DNA of 64,000 nt from Caulobacter segnis (GTDB lineage: Bacteria; Pseudomonadota; Alphaproteobacteria; Caulobacterales; Caulobacteraceae), in contig NZ_QFQZ01000013.1 in assembly GCF_003243465.1 (NCBI RefSeq), positions 4,614 to 68,613 on the forward strand, given 5' to 3'. Both the position numbers and the translations under genes were made by a program. The notes beneath the pieces were generated by a model that was given only the letters and a program-made list of their open reading frames with translations, searched no databases and had not been told where the DNA came from. This document shows positions 19,340-27,810 of this stretch, piece by piece (the stretch's first letter is position 1; every line of letters begins with the position of its first letter).

Positions 19340-19466
19340 TGACAAGACGCCGTTCGACGTCATCCTGCGCCGGACTTGATCGAGGGACAAGCGCGTCCCG
19401 AGGTAGAGCTGGCGACGCCGCTCACTTAGGCATGCCGGCCAGGGATTCGAGGGCCCGCGAACCACG

Positions 19467-20108
19467 ATGTTCGGAAAGCTTTTCGGCAGGAAGGACGCCC
19501 AGCGTCCCGCCCTGCCCGTCATCCGCAACGTGACCATTGGCCGGACGGTGGTCCTGGACCCGCTGGCTTGGCGGCGCTTCAGCGGCGAAGCGAAGTTCGC
19601 CCTGGACCGCGATACGCTGGAAATTACGGCCCAGGGCCTGATCCAGCTGAACGAGGGCGCGTTCGTGCACCGCTTCTATACCGACGACGAAATCCTGTTC
19701 CAGGTCGTCTCGGACGATCGCGAGGGCCAGCGGGCCAACGACTTCACGGTGTTTGTCCCGTGGTCCAGCGAGTACCCGGCCGACCGCGCCGATCGCGACC
19801 TGTGGGGCGAGCGCCTGCGCGCCCGCACCTTCCAGGCGGAGGGCCTGCCGGAGTATCGCCGTTTCTGGTTCGGAGAGGACGCCGAGCGCCAGGATCCGGT
19901 CACCCTGTGGGAAGACGTCTACTACAACCGCGAGGGCGCGGCGCCGGACCGGCGGCTCTTCCAGACCACCATGCTATTCTATCGCGAGCTTTCCGGCGGC
20001 GAAGGTCGCGAGCTGCTGCTGGCGTTGACGGCGGAGCCCCAAGACGGCGACGTAACACACGAGACGATGATCGGCCTGCCGCTGACGGTGGCCGAGTTCA
20101 AGGCTTGA
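19467..20108 (+). CDS. yjfK: YjfK (DUF2491)-like protein
   Basis: 213 aa, N-terminal MFGKLFGRK. Its position and neighbours match the E. coli yjfI-M cluster. Confidence 0.7.
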   Translation: MFGKLFGRKDAQRPALPVIRNVTIGRTVVLDPLAWRRFSGEAKFALDRDTLEITAQGLIQLNEGAFVHRFYTDDEILFQVVSDDREGQRANDFTVFVPWSSEYPADRADRDLWGERLRARTFQAEGLPEYRRFWFGEDAERQDPVTLWEDVYYNREGAAPDRRLFQTTMLFYRELSGGEGRELLLALTAEPQDGDVTHETMIGLPLTVAEFKA

Positions 20109-20119
20109 GGGAGAGGCCG

Positions 20120-20533
20120 ATGTTCGACTTCACGGCGTTCCAGGACGGAGCGATCGCGTTCCTGGTGGCCTTCGTGGCCGCCGGCCTGTTCACCATCGCC
20201 TTCAAATACGTCTACCAGTGGGTGACGCCCTATAGCGAGAAGGCGTTGATCCGGCAGGGCAACCTGGCCGCCGCCATCGCCTTGGCGGGCGCGCTGATCG
20301 GCTATGTCCTGCCGCTCGCCTCGGCGCTGAGCCACACGGTCAGCCTGCCCGAGTTCGCCGCCTGGGCGACCCTGGCCGGCGTGATCCAGATCGCCGCCTT
20401 CACCGGCGTGCGCCTGGTCGCCCTGCCCGACGTCAAGGCGCGGATCGAGAACGGCGAGACCTCGATCGGCGTCTATCTGGCGGGTATCTCCATCGCGGTC
20501 GGCGTGCTGAACGCCGCCTGCATGACCGCGTGA
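20120..20533 (+). CDS. yjfL: YjfL (DUF350) membrane protein
   Basis: ATG at 20120, 137 aa, four TM segments. Ends ..NAACMTA like E. coli YjfL. Also has the GYVLPLASA block. Confidence 0.75.
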   Translation: MFDFTAFQDGAIAFLVAFVAAGLFTIAFKYVYQWVTPYSEKALIRQGNLAAAIALAGALIGYVLPLASALSHTVSLPEFAAWATLAGVIQIAAFTGVRLVALPDVKARIENGETSIGVYLAGISIAVGVLNAACMTA

Positions 20534-20543
20534 GGACCGCGTC

Positions 20544-21191
20544 ATGAGCCCCCGCAAGCGCTCCGCCTCGCTGCAGCTGACCACGATGTTGGCCGGCGCG
20601 GCCAGCCTCACCCTGGCGGGCTGCGACGACCCAAGCCCCGGCGCCCAGGCCGGCTGGGACCCTAATCGCGGCGAACAGGTCGAGGCCTTCAGCTACAAGT
20701 CGCTCGAAGAGTGCAAGGCCGCCAACGAGGTCTCGGACCAGCAATGCGACACCTCCTGGGCGGCCGCCCAGAAGGACGACGCCAAGAACGCCCCGCGCTA
20801 CGAAGCCCGCGCCTCCTGCGAGGACGTCTATGGCGCCGGCAATTGCGTGCCGCGCAGCGAGGCCGGCGGCGGAAGCTTCTTCACGCCCCTGCTGGCGGGC
20901 TTTGTCATTGGCCGGATGCTGGACGGCGGCGACTATTATCGCGGCACCGGTCTCTATCGACGCAACGACGATTATGGCGGCGGCTACTACTCGACCTGGG
21001 GCGGGCGCCTCGGCCGCGACTACGGCACCGGCCGCACGGTCATCACGCGCGAGAGCATCGACCCGCCGGACGCCATCCGTAACGCCCCGCCCAAGGTCCA
21101 GACTCGCACCTCGGTCGTCTCGCGCGGCGGCTTCGGCGGCGGACGCAGCTACGCCCACAGCGGCGGCTTCAAGGGCGGGTTCGGCGGTTAG
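20544..21191 (+). CDS. yjfM: YjfM (DUF1190) lipoprotein
   Basis: Lipobox LTLAGC. Blocks APRYEARASCEDVYG..C, SFFTPLLAGFVIGRML and a C-terminal SRGGFGGG match YjfM. Confidence 0.7.
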   Translation: MSPRKRSASLQLTTMLAGAASLTLAGCDDPSPGAQAGWDPNRGEQVEAFSYKSLEECKAANEVSDQQCDTSWAAAQKDDAKNAPRYEARASCEDVYGAGNCVPRSEAGGGSFFTPLLAGFVIGRMLDGGDYYRGTGLYRRNDDYGGGYYSTWGGRLGRDYGTGRTVITRESIDPPDAIRNAPPKVQTRTSVVSRGGFGGGRSYAHSGGFKGGFGG

Positions 21192-21334
21192 AGCGGCTCG
21201 ACATCTTTGCGATTGACTCGCAACTAGACATCCCGTTTAGTTGAGAAGTGTTCGCAAGAACGCGTCGGGCCGCTCACCGAAGTCGGTTCGCCAGGGCGGG
21301 TGTCGGCCCCCTGCTCGGCGAGGAGATTTCCGGC

Positions 21335-21826
21335 GTGCGGTCCGACCTTTTCCCCGATCCCCTGTCCCACGCCTCTGTCGATGAGTGTGGTCCGCCGGCC
21401 CTGACGCGTGGCGAGCGCGTGCTGCTGTGGTTGTTACGGCAGTGGGTGACCGCGCGGGTTCTGGGCCAGGAGCCAGGCGAGCGGCTGTCGCGCGAGGCCG
21501 GCGCCCTCATCTCGCCCCGCGTCGCCGCCGCCTTCATCCTGATGATGACGACGATCGAAGGTCAGGTCCGCCGTCCCCTGTGCGTCGCCGCGCCGGGGCG
21601 GCAAGGCTATGCCGAGGACGAGCAGCGTCTCGTGACGGCGTGCGGGATCTGCCCCGCCTCGCCGGAGATCGCTGGGCGCCTTCTTGAGAGCCTGGTGATC
21701 GCGCCGGAGTCGGTGATCGTGACGGCGCGCTTCCTCAACATGGCGCTGGCGCAGGAAGCGCTGACCCTGCCCGTTCGGTTCGAGGAGCCGGAATACGCCA
21801 GGACCAAGCGGCCGACGCTACACTGA
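21335..21826 (+). CDS. Hypothetical protein
   Basis: High-GC3 ORF. GTG at 21335 is preceded by GGAGA at 8-nt spacing. The track start at 21248 is also possible. No family recognised. Confidence 0.35.
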   Translation: MRSDLFPDPLSHASVDECGPPALTRGERVLLWLLRQWVTARVLGQEPGERLSREAGALISPRVAAAFILMMTTIEGQVRRPLCVAAPGRQGYAEDEQRLVTACGICPASPEIAGRLLESLVIAPESVIVTARFLNMALAQEALTLPVRFEEPEYARTKRPTLH

Positions 21827-21828
21827 TC

Positions 21829-22305
21829 CTACCGGTAGCCCTGATGCGCCAGCCGCTGCGCCAGGGCCCGCGCCGCCATCTCGACATCGCGCCAGGTGAC
21901 GTCGAAGTCGCTGGCGTCGCCGTAATAGGGGTCCGCGACCGCCCTGCCCTCATGCCCCGGCACCAGGTCCAGCAGCAAGGCCAGCTCCGCCGTCGCATCC
22001 TGCGGCGCCAGGGCCCGAAGACCGCTGAGATTGGTTTCGTCCAGGGCGTAGATGTGGGTGAAGCTGCGGAAGTCGTCCTTGGTCACCTTGCGGGCGCGTT
22101 GGCGAGCGATGTCGACGCCATGGCGACGCGCGGCGGCGATCGCACGAGGATCTGGCGGCTCGCCCGCATGCCAGCCCCCAGTGCCGGCCGAGTCGACGAC
22201 GACGTCCATACGCATCCGCTGCGCCTCGGCCCGGAACGCCCCCTCGGCCAGCGGAGAGCGACAGATGTTGCCCAGGCACACGAACAGAACCGACGCCTTC
22301 GCCAT
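21829..22305 (-). CDS. Low-molecular-weight protein-tyrosine phosphatase
   Basis: 158 aa with the active-site loop VLFVCLGNICRSPLAEG and the DPYYG motif. Start overlaps the oxoprolinase stop by 1 nt (TGATG). Confidence 0.85.
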   Translation of the reverse strand: MAKASVLFVCLGNICRSPLAEGAFRAEAQRMRMDVVVDSAGTGGWHAGEPPDPRAIAAARRHGVDIARQRARKVTKDDFRSFTHIYALDETNLSGLRALAPQDATAELALLLDLVPGHEGRAVADPYYGDASDFDVTWRDVEMAARALAQRLAHQGYR

Positions 22306-25300
22306 CAAGCTCTTCCCCAGCCGCCGCCGCCCGGCGTCTCGATCACGATAGCGTCGCCCGGGCCGACTCGCACCAGGTCCGTGGCCGCCATGGGCTCGAC
22401 GCCGCCGCCGGCGCGTTCGACCCGCGCCGCGCCAAGCGCGCCGGGCTGGCCGCCTTCCAGTCCGAACGGCGGGACCCGGCGGCGATTGGAGAGCAAGGTG
22501 ACGGTCATCGGTTCTCGGAAGCCGATCTTGCGCACAACGCCGTCCCCGCCGCGATGCGTCCCTTCGCCGCCGGAGCCGCGCCGGATCGAGAAGGCCTCGA
22601 CCAATACCGGATAGCGCGCCTCCAGCACCTCGGGATCGGTCAGGCGGCTGTTGGTCATGTGGGTCTGGACGGCGTCGGTCCCGTCGAAGTCCGGCCCCGC
22701 GCCTGAGCCCCCGCAGATGGTCTCGTAATACTGCCGCCGCGCGTCGCCGAAGGTGAAGTTGTTCATCGTCCCCTGCGCGGCCGCCATCACGCCCAGCGCG
22801 CCGTAGAGGGCGTCGACCACGACCTGGCTGGTCTCGACATTGCCCGCGACCACCGCCGCCGGATAGCGCGGCCGCAGCATCGAGCCTTCCGGAATGACCA
22901 GCTCGACCGGCCGCAGGCAGCCGTCGTTCATCGGGATCTCGTCGTCGACGAGCGTGCGGAACACGTAGAGCGCCGCCGCCCGGCAGATCGAGGCCGGGGC
23001 GTTGAAGTTGGTCGGGACCTGATCGCTCGTGCCGGTGAAATCGACGCGGGCCGAGCGGGCTTCCGGGTTGACCTGGATCGCGACCCTCACCACCGAGCCA
23101 TCGTCGAGCTCGTAAAGGAACGACCCGCTCCTCATCGTCGCCAGCACCCGACGGACAGCCTCCTCGGCGTTGTCCTGGACGTGGGCCATGTAGGCCTCGA
23201 CGACGTCCTGACCGAACTCGGCGACCAGGGCGGTCAGGGCCTCGGCGCCCCGCGCGCAGGCGGCGATCTGCGCCTTGAGGTCGCCGATGTTCTGATCGGG
23301 ATTGCGCGCCGGCCACTGGCCTGACGCCAGCAAAGCGCGGGTCTCGGCCTCCCGAAACCGACCGCCCTCGACCAGCAGGAAGTTCTCGATCAGGACGCCC
23401 TCCTCCTCGACCGTTCGGCTGTTCGGCGGCATGGAGCCCGGCGTGATCCCACCGATATCGCCCTGGTGCCCGCGCGCGGCGACATAGAACAGCAGAGCCC
23501 CTGCCGCGTCGAACACCGGCATGACCACCGTGACGTCCGGCAGGTGCGTGCCGCCGTTGTAGGGCGCGTTCAGCATGTAGACGTCGCCGGGCTTCATGCC
23601 GCGTCCGTCGGAAAGCCTCGCGTCGCGGATCGCCCGGACGCTGTCGCCCATCGAGCCCAGATGCACCGGCATGTGCGGGGCGTTGGCGATCAGGTTTCCG
23701 TCCCGGTCGAACAGGGCGCAGGAGAAGTCGAGCCGCTCCTTGATGTTGACCGAATAGGCGGTGTTCTGCAGGGCGAAGCCCATCTCCTCGGCCACGGCCA
23801 TGAAGAGATTGTTGAACACCTCCAGCATCACCGGATCGGCGTCCGTGCCGATCGCCTTGCGGGCGGGCAGGGCGACGACGCGGTCGAGGATCAGGTTCAG
23901 CCTGGCGTCCACCGTGGCGCGCCAGCCGGGCTCGACGACGGTGGTGCCGGTGGCTTCGCGGATGATCGCGGGGCCAAGGATGTCCGCGCCGACCGGCAGG
24001 GCCGCGCGATCGAAGACGGGGGTCGCGTGAAGCACGGCAGCCATGCGGGCCTCGACCGTCGCAATCGGCTCGCCGCCCTTGGACGCGCCAGACTCAAAAT
24101 CCGGTTCCGAGCCGGCGTCCGAGCGTCCAATCGCCTCGACGGACAGCGTCTCGATCACCAAAGGCGTCGTCGGCGACGTAAAGCCGAAGCGTCGCTGATG
24201 CAGGTCATTGAAGGTCGCGCGGACGGCGGCGGCGTCGCCGAAGGGGACCACGAGCGGCGTGTCCGTGCCGGCGTACTTCACGCGCAGGCTGGCGAGCGTC
24301 TCCACCGACGCCATCGGCACGTCCTGCGCCCGCAAGGCGGACTCGGCCTCGGCGGCGAGAGTCGCCGCGCGCGCCGGGAGGTCGACCGCGTGGTCGAGCG
24401 GCCGCTCGACCGTCTCCTCGCGGATCAGGCGCAGGTCGGCCAGGCCCATGCCGTAGGCGCTCAGCACCCCCGCGAACGGGTGGATCATCACCTTGTTCAT
24501 GCCCAAGGCGTCGGCGACCAGGCAGGCGTGTTGGCCGCCCGCGCCACCGAAGCACGCGAGCACATAGCGGGTGACGTCGTAGCCGCGCTGGATGGAGATC
24601 TGCCGCACGGCCTTGGCCATGTTCTCGACGGCGATCGTGACGAAGCCCTCGGCGACCTCCTGGGGCGTCATGGCCTTACCGGTCGCCGCCGCGATCTCCG
24701 CCGCCAGCGCCTCGAACCCGCGCGCCACGGCCTCGACATCCAGCGTCTGGTCGGCGCTGGGGCCAAATACTTTCGGGAAGAACTCCGGCCGCAGCTTGCC
24801 CAGCATGACGTTGCAGTCGGTGACCGTGAGCTGCCCGCCTCGGCGATAGGCGGCCGGTCCGGGCACGGCGCCAGCGGAGGCCGGCCCCACGCGAAGGCGC
24901 GCGCCGTCGAACGAACAGATGGAGCCGCCGCCCGCCGCCACAGTGTGAATGTTCATCATCGGCGCGCGCATGCGCACACCGGCCACGACCGTCTCGAACG
25001 CCCGCTCGTAGTCGCCGGCATAGTGGCAGACGTCGGTCGAGGTGCCGCCCATGTCGAAGCCGATCACGCGCTCGAATCCCGCCTCCGCGGCCGTCCGCGC
25101 CATGCCGACAACGCCGCCCGCGGGGCCCGACAGGATCGCGTCCTTGCCCCGGAAGGCCCGTGCGTCGGTCAGGCCGCCGTTCGACTGCATGAACAAAAGG
25201 CGCGTGTCGGGACCCAGCGCGCCCGAGACCTGGTCGACGTAGCGGCGCAGGATCGGCGACAGGTAGGCGTCGACCACCGTCGTGTCGCCCCGCCCGACCA

Positions 25301-25901
25301 GCTTCATCAGCGGGCTGACCTCGTGGCTGGCCGAGACCTGGGTAAAGCCGACCTCGCGCGCGATGGCCGCGACCCGCGCCTCGTGATCCGTAAAGCGGAA
25401 GCCATGCAGCAGCACAATCGCGATCGCGCGAAATCCGGCCTCGTAGGTGGCTTGCAGCCCGGCCCGCGCGGCGTCCTCGTCCAGCGGCCGTAGCACCTCG
25501 CCCTCGACGCTGATCCGCTCGGCGATCTCGACGACGCGATCGTAAAGGGTCTCGGGCTTGACGATATGGCGCTCGAACAGCTTCGGACGCGCCTGGTAGC
25601 CGATCCGGAGGGCGTCGGCGTGGCCCTGGGTGATCGCCAGGACGGTCGGCTCGCCCTTGCGCTCGAGCAGGGCGTTGGTCGCGACGGTGGTGCCCATCTT
25701 GACCGCGTCGATCGTCGCACCATCCGGCAGTAACGCTCGGACGCCCGCCACGGCGGCGTCGGCGTAGTGCTCGGGGTTCTCCGACAGCAGCTTGTGGGTG
25801 ACCAGAGACCCGTCCGGCCGCCGCGCCACGATGTCGGTGAACGTGCCGCCGCGATCGATCCAGAATTCCCAGCCGCGCGGCTGTCGGTCGGTGGCGGTCA
25901 T
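22305..25901 (-). CDS. 5-oxoprolinase (fused hydantoinase A/B, HyuA-HyuB type)
   Basis: 1198 aa. The N-terminal half is hydantoinase A-like ([23 protein letters not shown]). The C-terminal half is hydantoinase B-like (GGGGWG at the end). Confidence 0.9.
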   Translation of the reverse strand: MTATDRQPRGWEFWIDRGGTFTDIVARRPDGSLVTHKLLSENPEHYADAAVAGVRALLPDGATIDAVKMGTTVATNALLERKGEPTVLAITQGHADALRIGYQARPKLFERHIVKPETLYDRVVEIAERISVEGEVLRPLDEDAARAGLQATYEAGFRAIAIVLLHGFRFTDHEARVAAIAREVGFTQVSASHEVSPLMKLVGRGDTTVVDAYLSPILRRYVDQVSGALGPDTRLLFMQSNGGLTDARAFRGKDAILSGPAGGVVGMARTAAEAGFERVIGFDMGGTSTDVCHYAGDYERAFETVVAGVRMRAPMMNIHTVAAGGGSICSFDGARLRVGPASAGAVPGPAAYRRGGQLTVTDCNVMLGKLRPEFFPKVFGPSADQTLDVEAVARGFEALAAEIAAATGKAMTPQEVAEGFVTIAVENMAKAVRQISIQRGYDVTRYVLACFGGAGGQHACLVADALGMNKVMIHPFAGVLSAYGMGLADLRLIREETVERPLDHAVDLPARAATLAAEAESALRAQDVPMASVETLASLRVKYAGTDTPLVVPFGDAAAVRATFNDLHQRRFGFTSPTTPLVIETLSVEAIGRSDAGSEPDFESGASKGGEPIATVEARMAAVLHATPVFDRAALPVGADILGPAIIREATGTTVVEPGWRATVDARLNLILDRVVALPARKAIGTDADPVMLEVFNNLFMAVAEEMGFALQNTAYSVNIKERLDFSCALFDRDGNLIANAPHMPVHLGSMGDSVRAIRDARLSDGRGMKPGDVYMLNAPYNGGTHLPDVTVVMPVFDAAGALLFYVAARGHQGDIGGITPGSMPPNSRTVEEEGVLIENFLLVEGGRFREAETRALLASGQWPARNPDQNIGDLKAQIAACARGAEALTALVAEFGQDVVEAYMAHVQDNAEEAVRRVLATMRSGSFLYELDDGSVVRVAIQVNPEARSARVDFTGTSDQVPTNFNAPASICRAAALYVFRTLVDDEIPMNDGCLRPVELVIPEGSMLRPRYPAAVVAGNVETSQVVVDALYGALGVMAAAQGTMNNFTFGDARRQYYETICGGSGAGPDFDGTDAVQTHMTNSRLTDPEVLEARYPVLVEAFSIRRGSGGEGTHRGGDGVVRKIGFREPMTVTLLSNRRRVPPFGLEGGQPGALGAARVERAGGGVEPMAATDLVRVGPGDAIVIETPGGGGWGRA

Positions 25902-25950
25902 GAGGTGAGCGGCTCCCTTCGCGCACCCGTCATAACGCCTCTGTCACCCG

Positions 25951-26060
25951 TGTCATCCCGGAAGCCTCGCAGAGGCTATCCAGGACCCAGGGGGTGACAA
26001 GCCGCGGTGCAAGCGGCCCCTGGATACCGGCTCTCCGCTGCGCTTCAGCCGGGATGACAC
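25951..26060. repeat. Palindromic intergenic repeat (TGTCATCCCGG...CCGGGATGACA termini), MITE/REP-like
   Basis: Terminal inverted repeats at 25951-25961 and 26050-26060 with an internal second palindrome (TATCCAGG../..CCTGGATA). A related copy in the opposite orientation lies at 48406-48505. Confidence 0.6.
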
Positions 26061-26069
26061 GGGGTAACG

Positions 26070-26645
26070 CTATTTCAGAACCCCCAGCAGCTCCGCCGCC
26101 TGCCACAGGCCCAGCAACAGGAAGATCACCGCCGCGCCAATGCGCACATACTTCAGCGGCACGACCTTGGTCGCCGCCTCGCCCAGGTACACGGCCGGGA
26201 CATTGGCCAGCATCATGCCGATCGTGGTGCCGGCGGCGACCCAGGCGATCGAGTGGAACTTGGCGCCCAGGGCGACGGTGGCGATCTGGGTCTTGTCGCC
26301 CATCTCGACCAGGAAGAAGGCGATCGTGGTGGTCAGGAACACCCCATAGCGTCCGGCGCTCTGGCCCTCCTCGTCGTCGGCCTTGTCCGGGATCAGCGCC
26401 CAGGCGGCCATGGCGATGAACGAAATGGCGATCGCCCACTTGAACCAGGCGCCGCTCAGGAAGTCCGACACCCAGTAGCCCGCCGTAGCGGCGAGCGCAT
26501 GGTTGGCGAGCGTCGCCACCAGTATGCCCATGATGATCGGGACAGGCTTCTTGAACCGCGTGGCCAGGATGATGGCCAGCAGCTGGGTCTTGTCGCCGAT
26601 CTCGGCGATGGCCACGACCAGGGTCGAGACGAGCAGGGCTTCCAC
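26070..26645 (-). CDS. UPF0016 / GDT1 (TMEM165) family cation (Mn2+/Ca2+) transporter
   Basis: GTG at 26645 is preceded by GGAGGA. 191 aa with two copies of the E-x-G-D-K-T/S motif (EIGDKTQ, EMGDKTQ). Confidence 0.8.
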   Translation of the reverse strand: MEALLVSTLVVAIAEIGDKTQLLAIILATRFKKPVPIIMGILVATLANHALAATAGYWVSDFLSGAWFKWAIAISFIAMAAWALIPDKADDEEGQSAGRYGVFLTTTIAFFLVEMGDKTQIATVALGAKFHSIAWVAAGTTIGMMLANVPAVYLGEAATKVVPLKYVRIGAAVIFLLLGLWQAAELLGVLK

Positions 26646-26714
26646 TGAAATAGTCCTCCGGGCCGGGCGCATGCCAATAGCGTCGATGCCCCACCCGGCC
26701 CGGATAGAGATCGG

Positions 26715-26836
26715 CGCCATTGGTCTCGCCAAGGAAGCTTGAAGTCCGCTTCCCTTCCCCGCGCCATGGTCCAGAGAACCAAGTGTGTTGACGGCGGGGC
26801 CCGCTGATAGGCGCGGGCGGCTACTCCCCAAAGGTG
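26715..26836 (-). promoter_or_regulatory. Candidate yybP-ykoY (Mn2+) riboswitch aptamer
   Basis: The minus strand reads UUUGGGGAGUAGCC..hairpin..CCGUCAACACAC..hairpin..UUGGCGAGACCAAUGG. The conserved GGGGAGUAG, GUCAACA(C/U)AC and GAGACC elements are present with P1 UUGG/CCAA pairing. A 10-bp hairpin (26658-26703, CCGGGCCGGG/CCCGGCCCGG) abuts the GGAGG SD of the UPF0016 gene and could act as the expression platform. Confidence 0.65.
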
Positions 26837-26870
26837 AGGGGCGTTTAGCGGCTGAGGGGGCCTAGGTCAA

Positions 26871-26980
26871 TCTCCCTTCCCCCTTGATGGTGGAAGGTCG
26901 GGGTTGGGGGTGGAGCGGCGGCTCAGCCACACCGGCCGTAGATCACCCGCACCCTGCCCTCCCCCATCAAGGGGGAGGGA
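26871..26980. repeat. Inverted-repeat intergenic element (..CCCTTCCCCCTTGATGG / CCATCAAGGGGGAGGG..)
   Basis: Arms at about 26871-26890 and about 26958-26980 flank a G-rich core (GGTCGGGGTTGGGGGTG). Lies directly downstream of the DUF2793 gene stop at 26981. Confidence 0.5.
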
Positions 26981-27718
26981 TCAAACAGAGGCCGGCGCGT
27001 CGAAACGCATGACGTGGATCGCCACCCGCACCTTGCCGCCGACGAAGTTGCCGCCGACCGCCGTCAGCACCACGGGCGTGTCGGCATAGTAAGCCGTCGG
27101 TCCCACCACCCCGATGTTGCTGGAATTCTTGGCCACGCCCAGCGAGCCGCCGAACTTGCTGGCCTCGCCCGAAACCCCGCAGTTGTAGGCGGCCGCGCCG
27201 GTGATCGCGACCGTGGTTCGGGTCGAGACCGCCAGCACGATCGCGCGGCTCGGGATCACGATGCTGGTCGCGGTCGAGGCGCCCGACAGGGTCACCTCCT
27301 GCTCCAGGATTTCCAGCCGGGTGTTGGCGAGGCTCGGGGAGGCGGCGGCGGTCAGGCTGCGGAACGTCGCCGACAGGGGGGTCCAGGCGGCGCCGTCGAA
27401 GGCGACCATTTGGTTCTCGTCCTTGACCCATGCCAGCACGCCCTCGGCGGGCGCGAGCGGCTCCCAGGCGCCGGCCTCGAAGCGCATCAGGGTTCCGGCG
27501 GGCTGGCCGGCCCAGGCCGCGCCCGTGGCGCTGGACGGCAGGATCCAGACGCCGCCCGCGACCGGATTGGCCGGCTGAGCGGTGACGCCGCGGGTCTCTA
27601 CCGCCAGTTGGACGAGGCCATCCAGCCGGGCCAAACTCTCGTTGATGGGGATGTGTTTCTGGGCCTGGGCGGCGACCACATAGGGCAGGCCGAGGCGGGG
27701 CGTGACGTCGTCGAACAT
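26981..27718 (-). CDS. DUF2793 domain protein (phage/GTA tail-fibre-like N-terminus)
   Basis: ATG at 27718. The N-terminus TPRLGLPYVVAAQAQKHIPINESLARLD matches my memory of the DUF2793 signature. The C-terminal part is beta-rich and Gly/Ala/Thr-rich. Confidence 0.6.
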   Translation of the reverse strand: MFDDVTPRLGLPYVVAAQAQKHIPINESLARLDGLVQLAVETRGVTAQPANPVAGGVWILPSSATGAAWAGQPAGTLMRFEAGAWEPLAPAEGVLAWVKDENQMVAFDGAAWTPLSATFRSLTAAASPSLANTRLEILEQEVTLSGASTATSIVIPSRAIVLAVSTRTTVAITGAAAYNCGVSGEASKFGGSLGVAKNSSNIGVVGPTAYYADTPVVLTAVGGNFVGGKVRVAIHVMRFDAPASV

Positions 27719-27773
27719 GGGCGGCTCCGGGAGCAATGGAAGACGCTCCCAGCATCACGCCGCCGTCGAAGCC

Positions 27774-27797
27774 GGGGACGGACGCATCTCCGTCCCC
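27774..27797 (-). terminator. Perfect 9-bp hairpin (GGGGACGGA-N6-TCCGTCCCC) downstream of the nitronate monooxygenase gene
   Basis: Read directly from the sequence. There is no U-tract, so its function as a terminator is uncertain. Confidence 0.35.
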
Positions 27798-27810
27798 GTC
27801 GAACGCCCGT

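Noticed and set aside
19568-20119. 184-codon upstream extension of the YjfL ORF (track 19568..20533)
   Set aside because: It overlaps yjfK out of frame and is Arg/Pro/Gly-rich. The YjfL homology starts at ATG 20120.
21829-23316. 495-aa ORF containing the phosphatase
   Set aside because: Only the last 158 aa (from ATG 22305) look like an LMW-PTP. The rest is an out-of-frame overlap with the 3' part of the oxoprolinase gene and is Arg/Gly/Pro-rich.
26646-26831. Upstream extension of the UPF0016 ORF (track 26070..26831)
   Set aside because: The extension runs through the riboswitch-like leader. A GGAGGA-N8-GTG start at 26645 gives a protein of normal family length.
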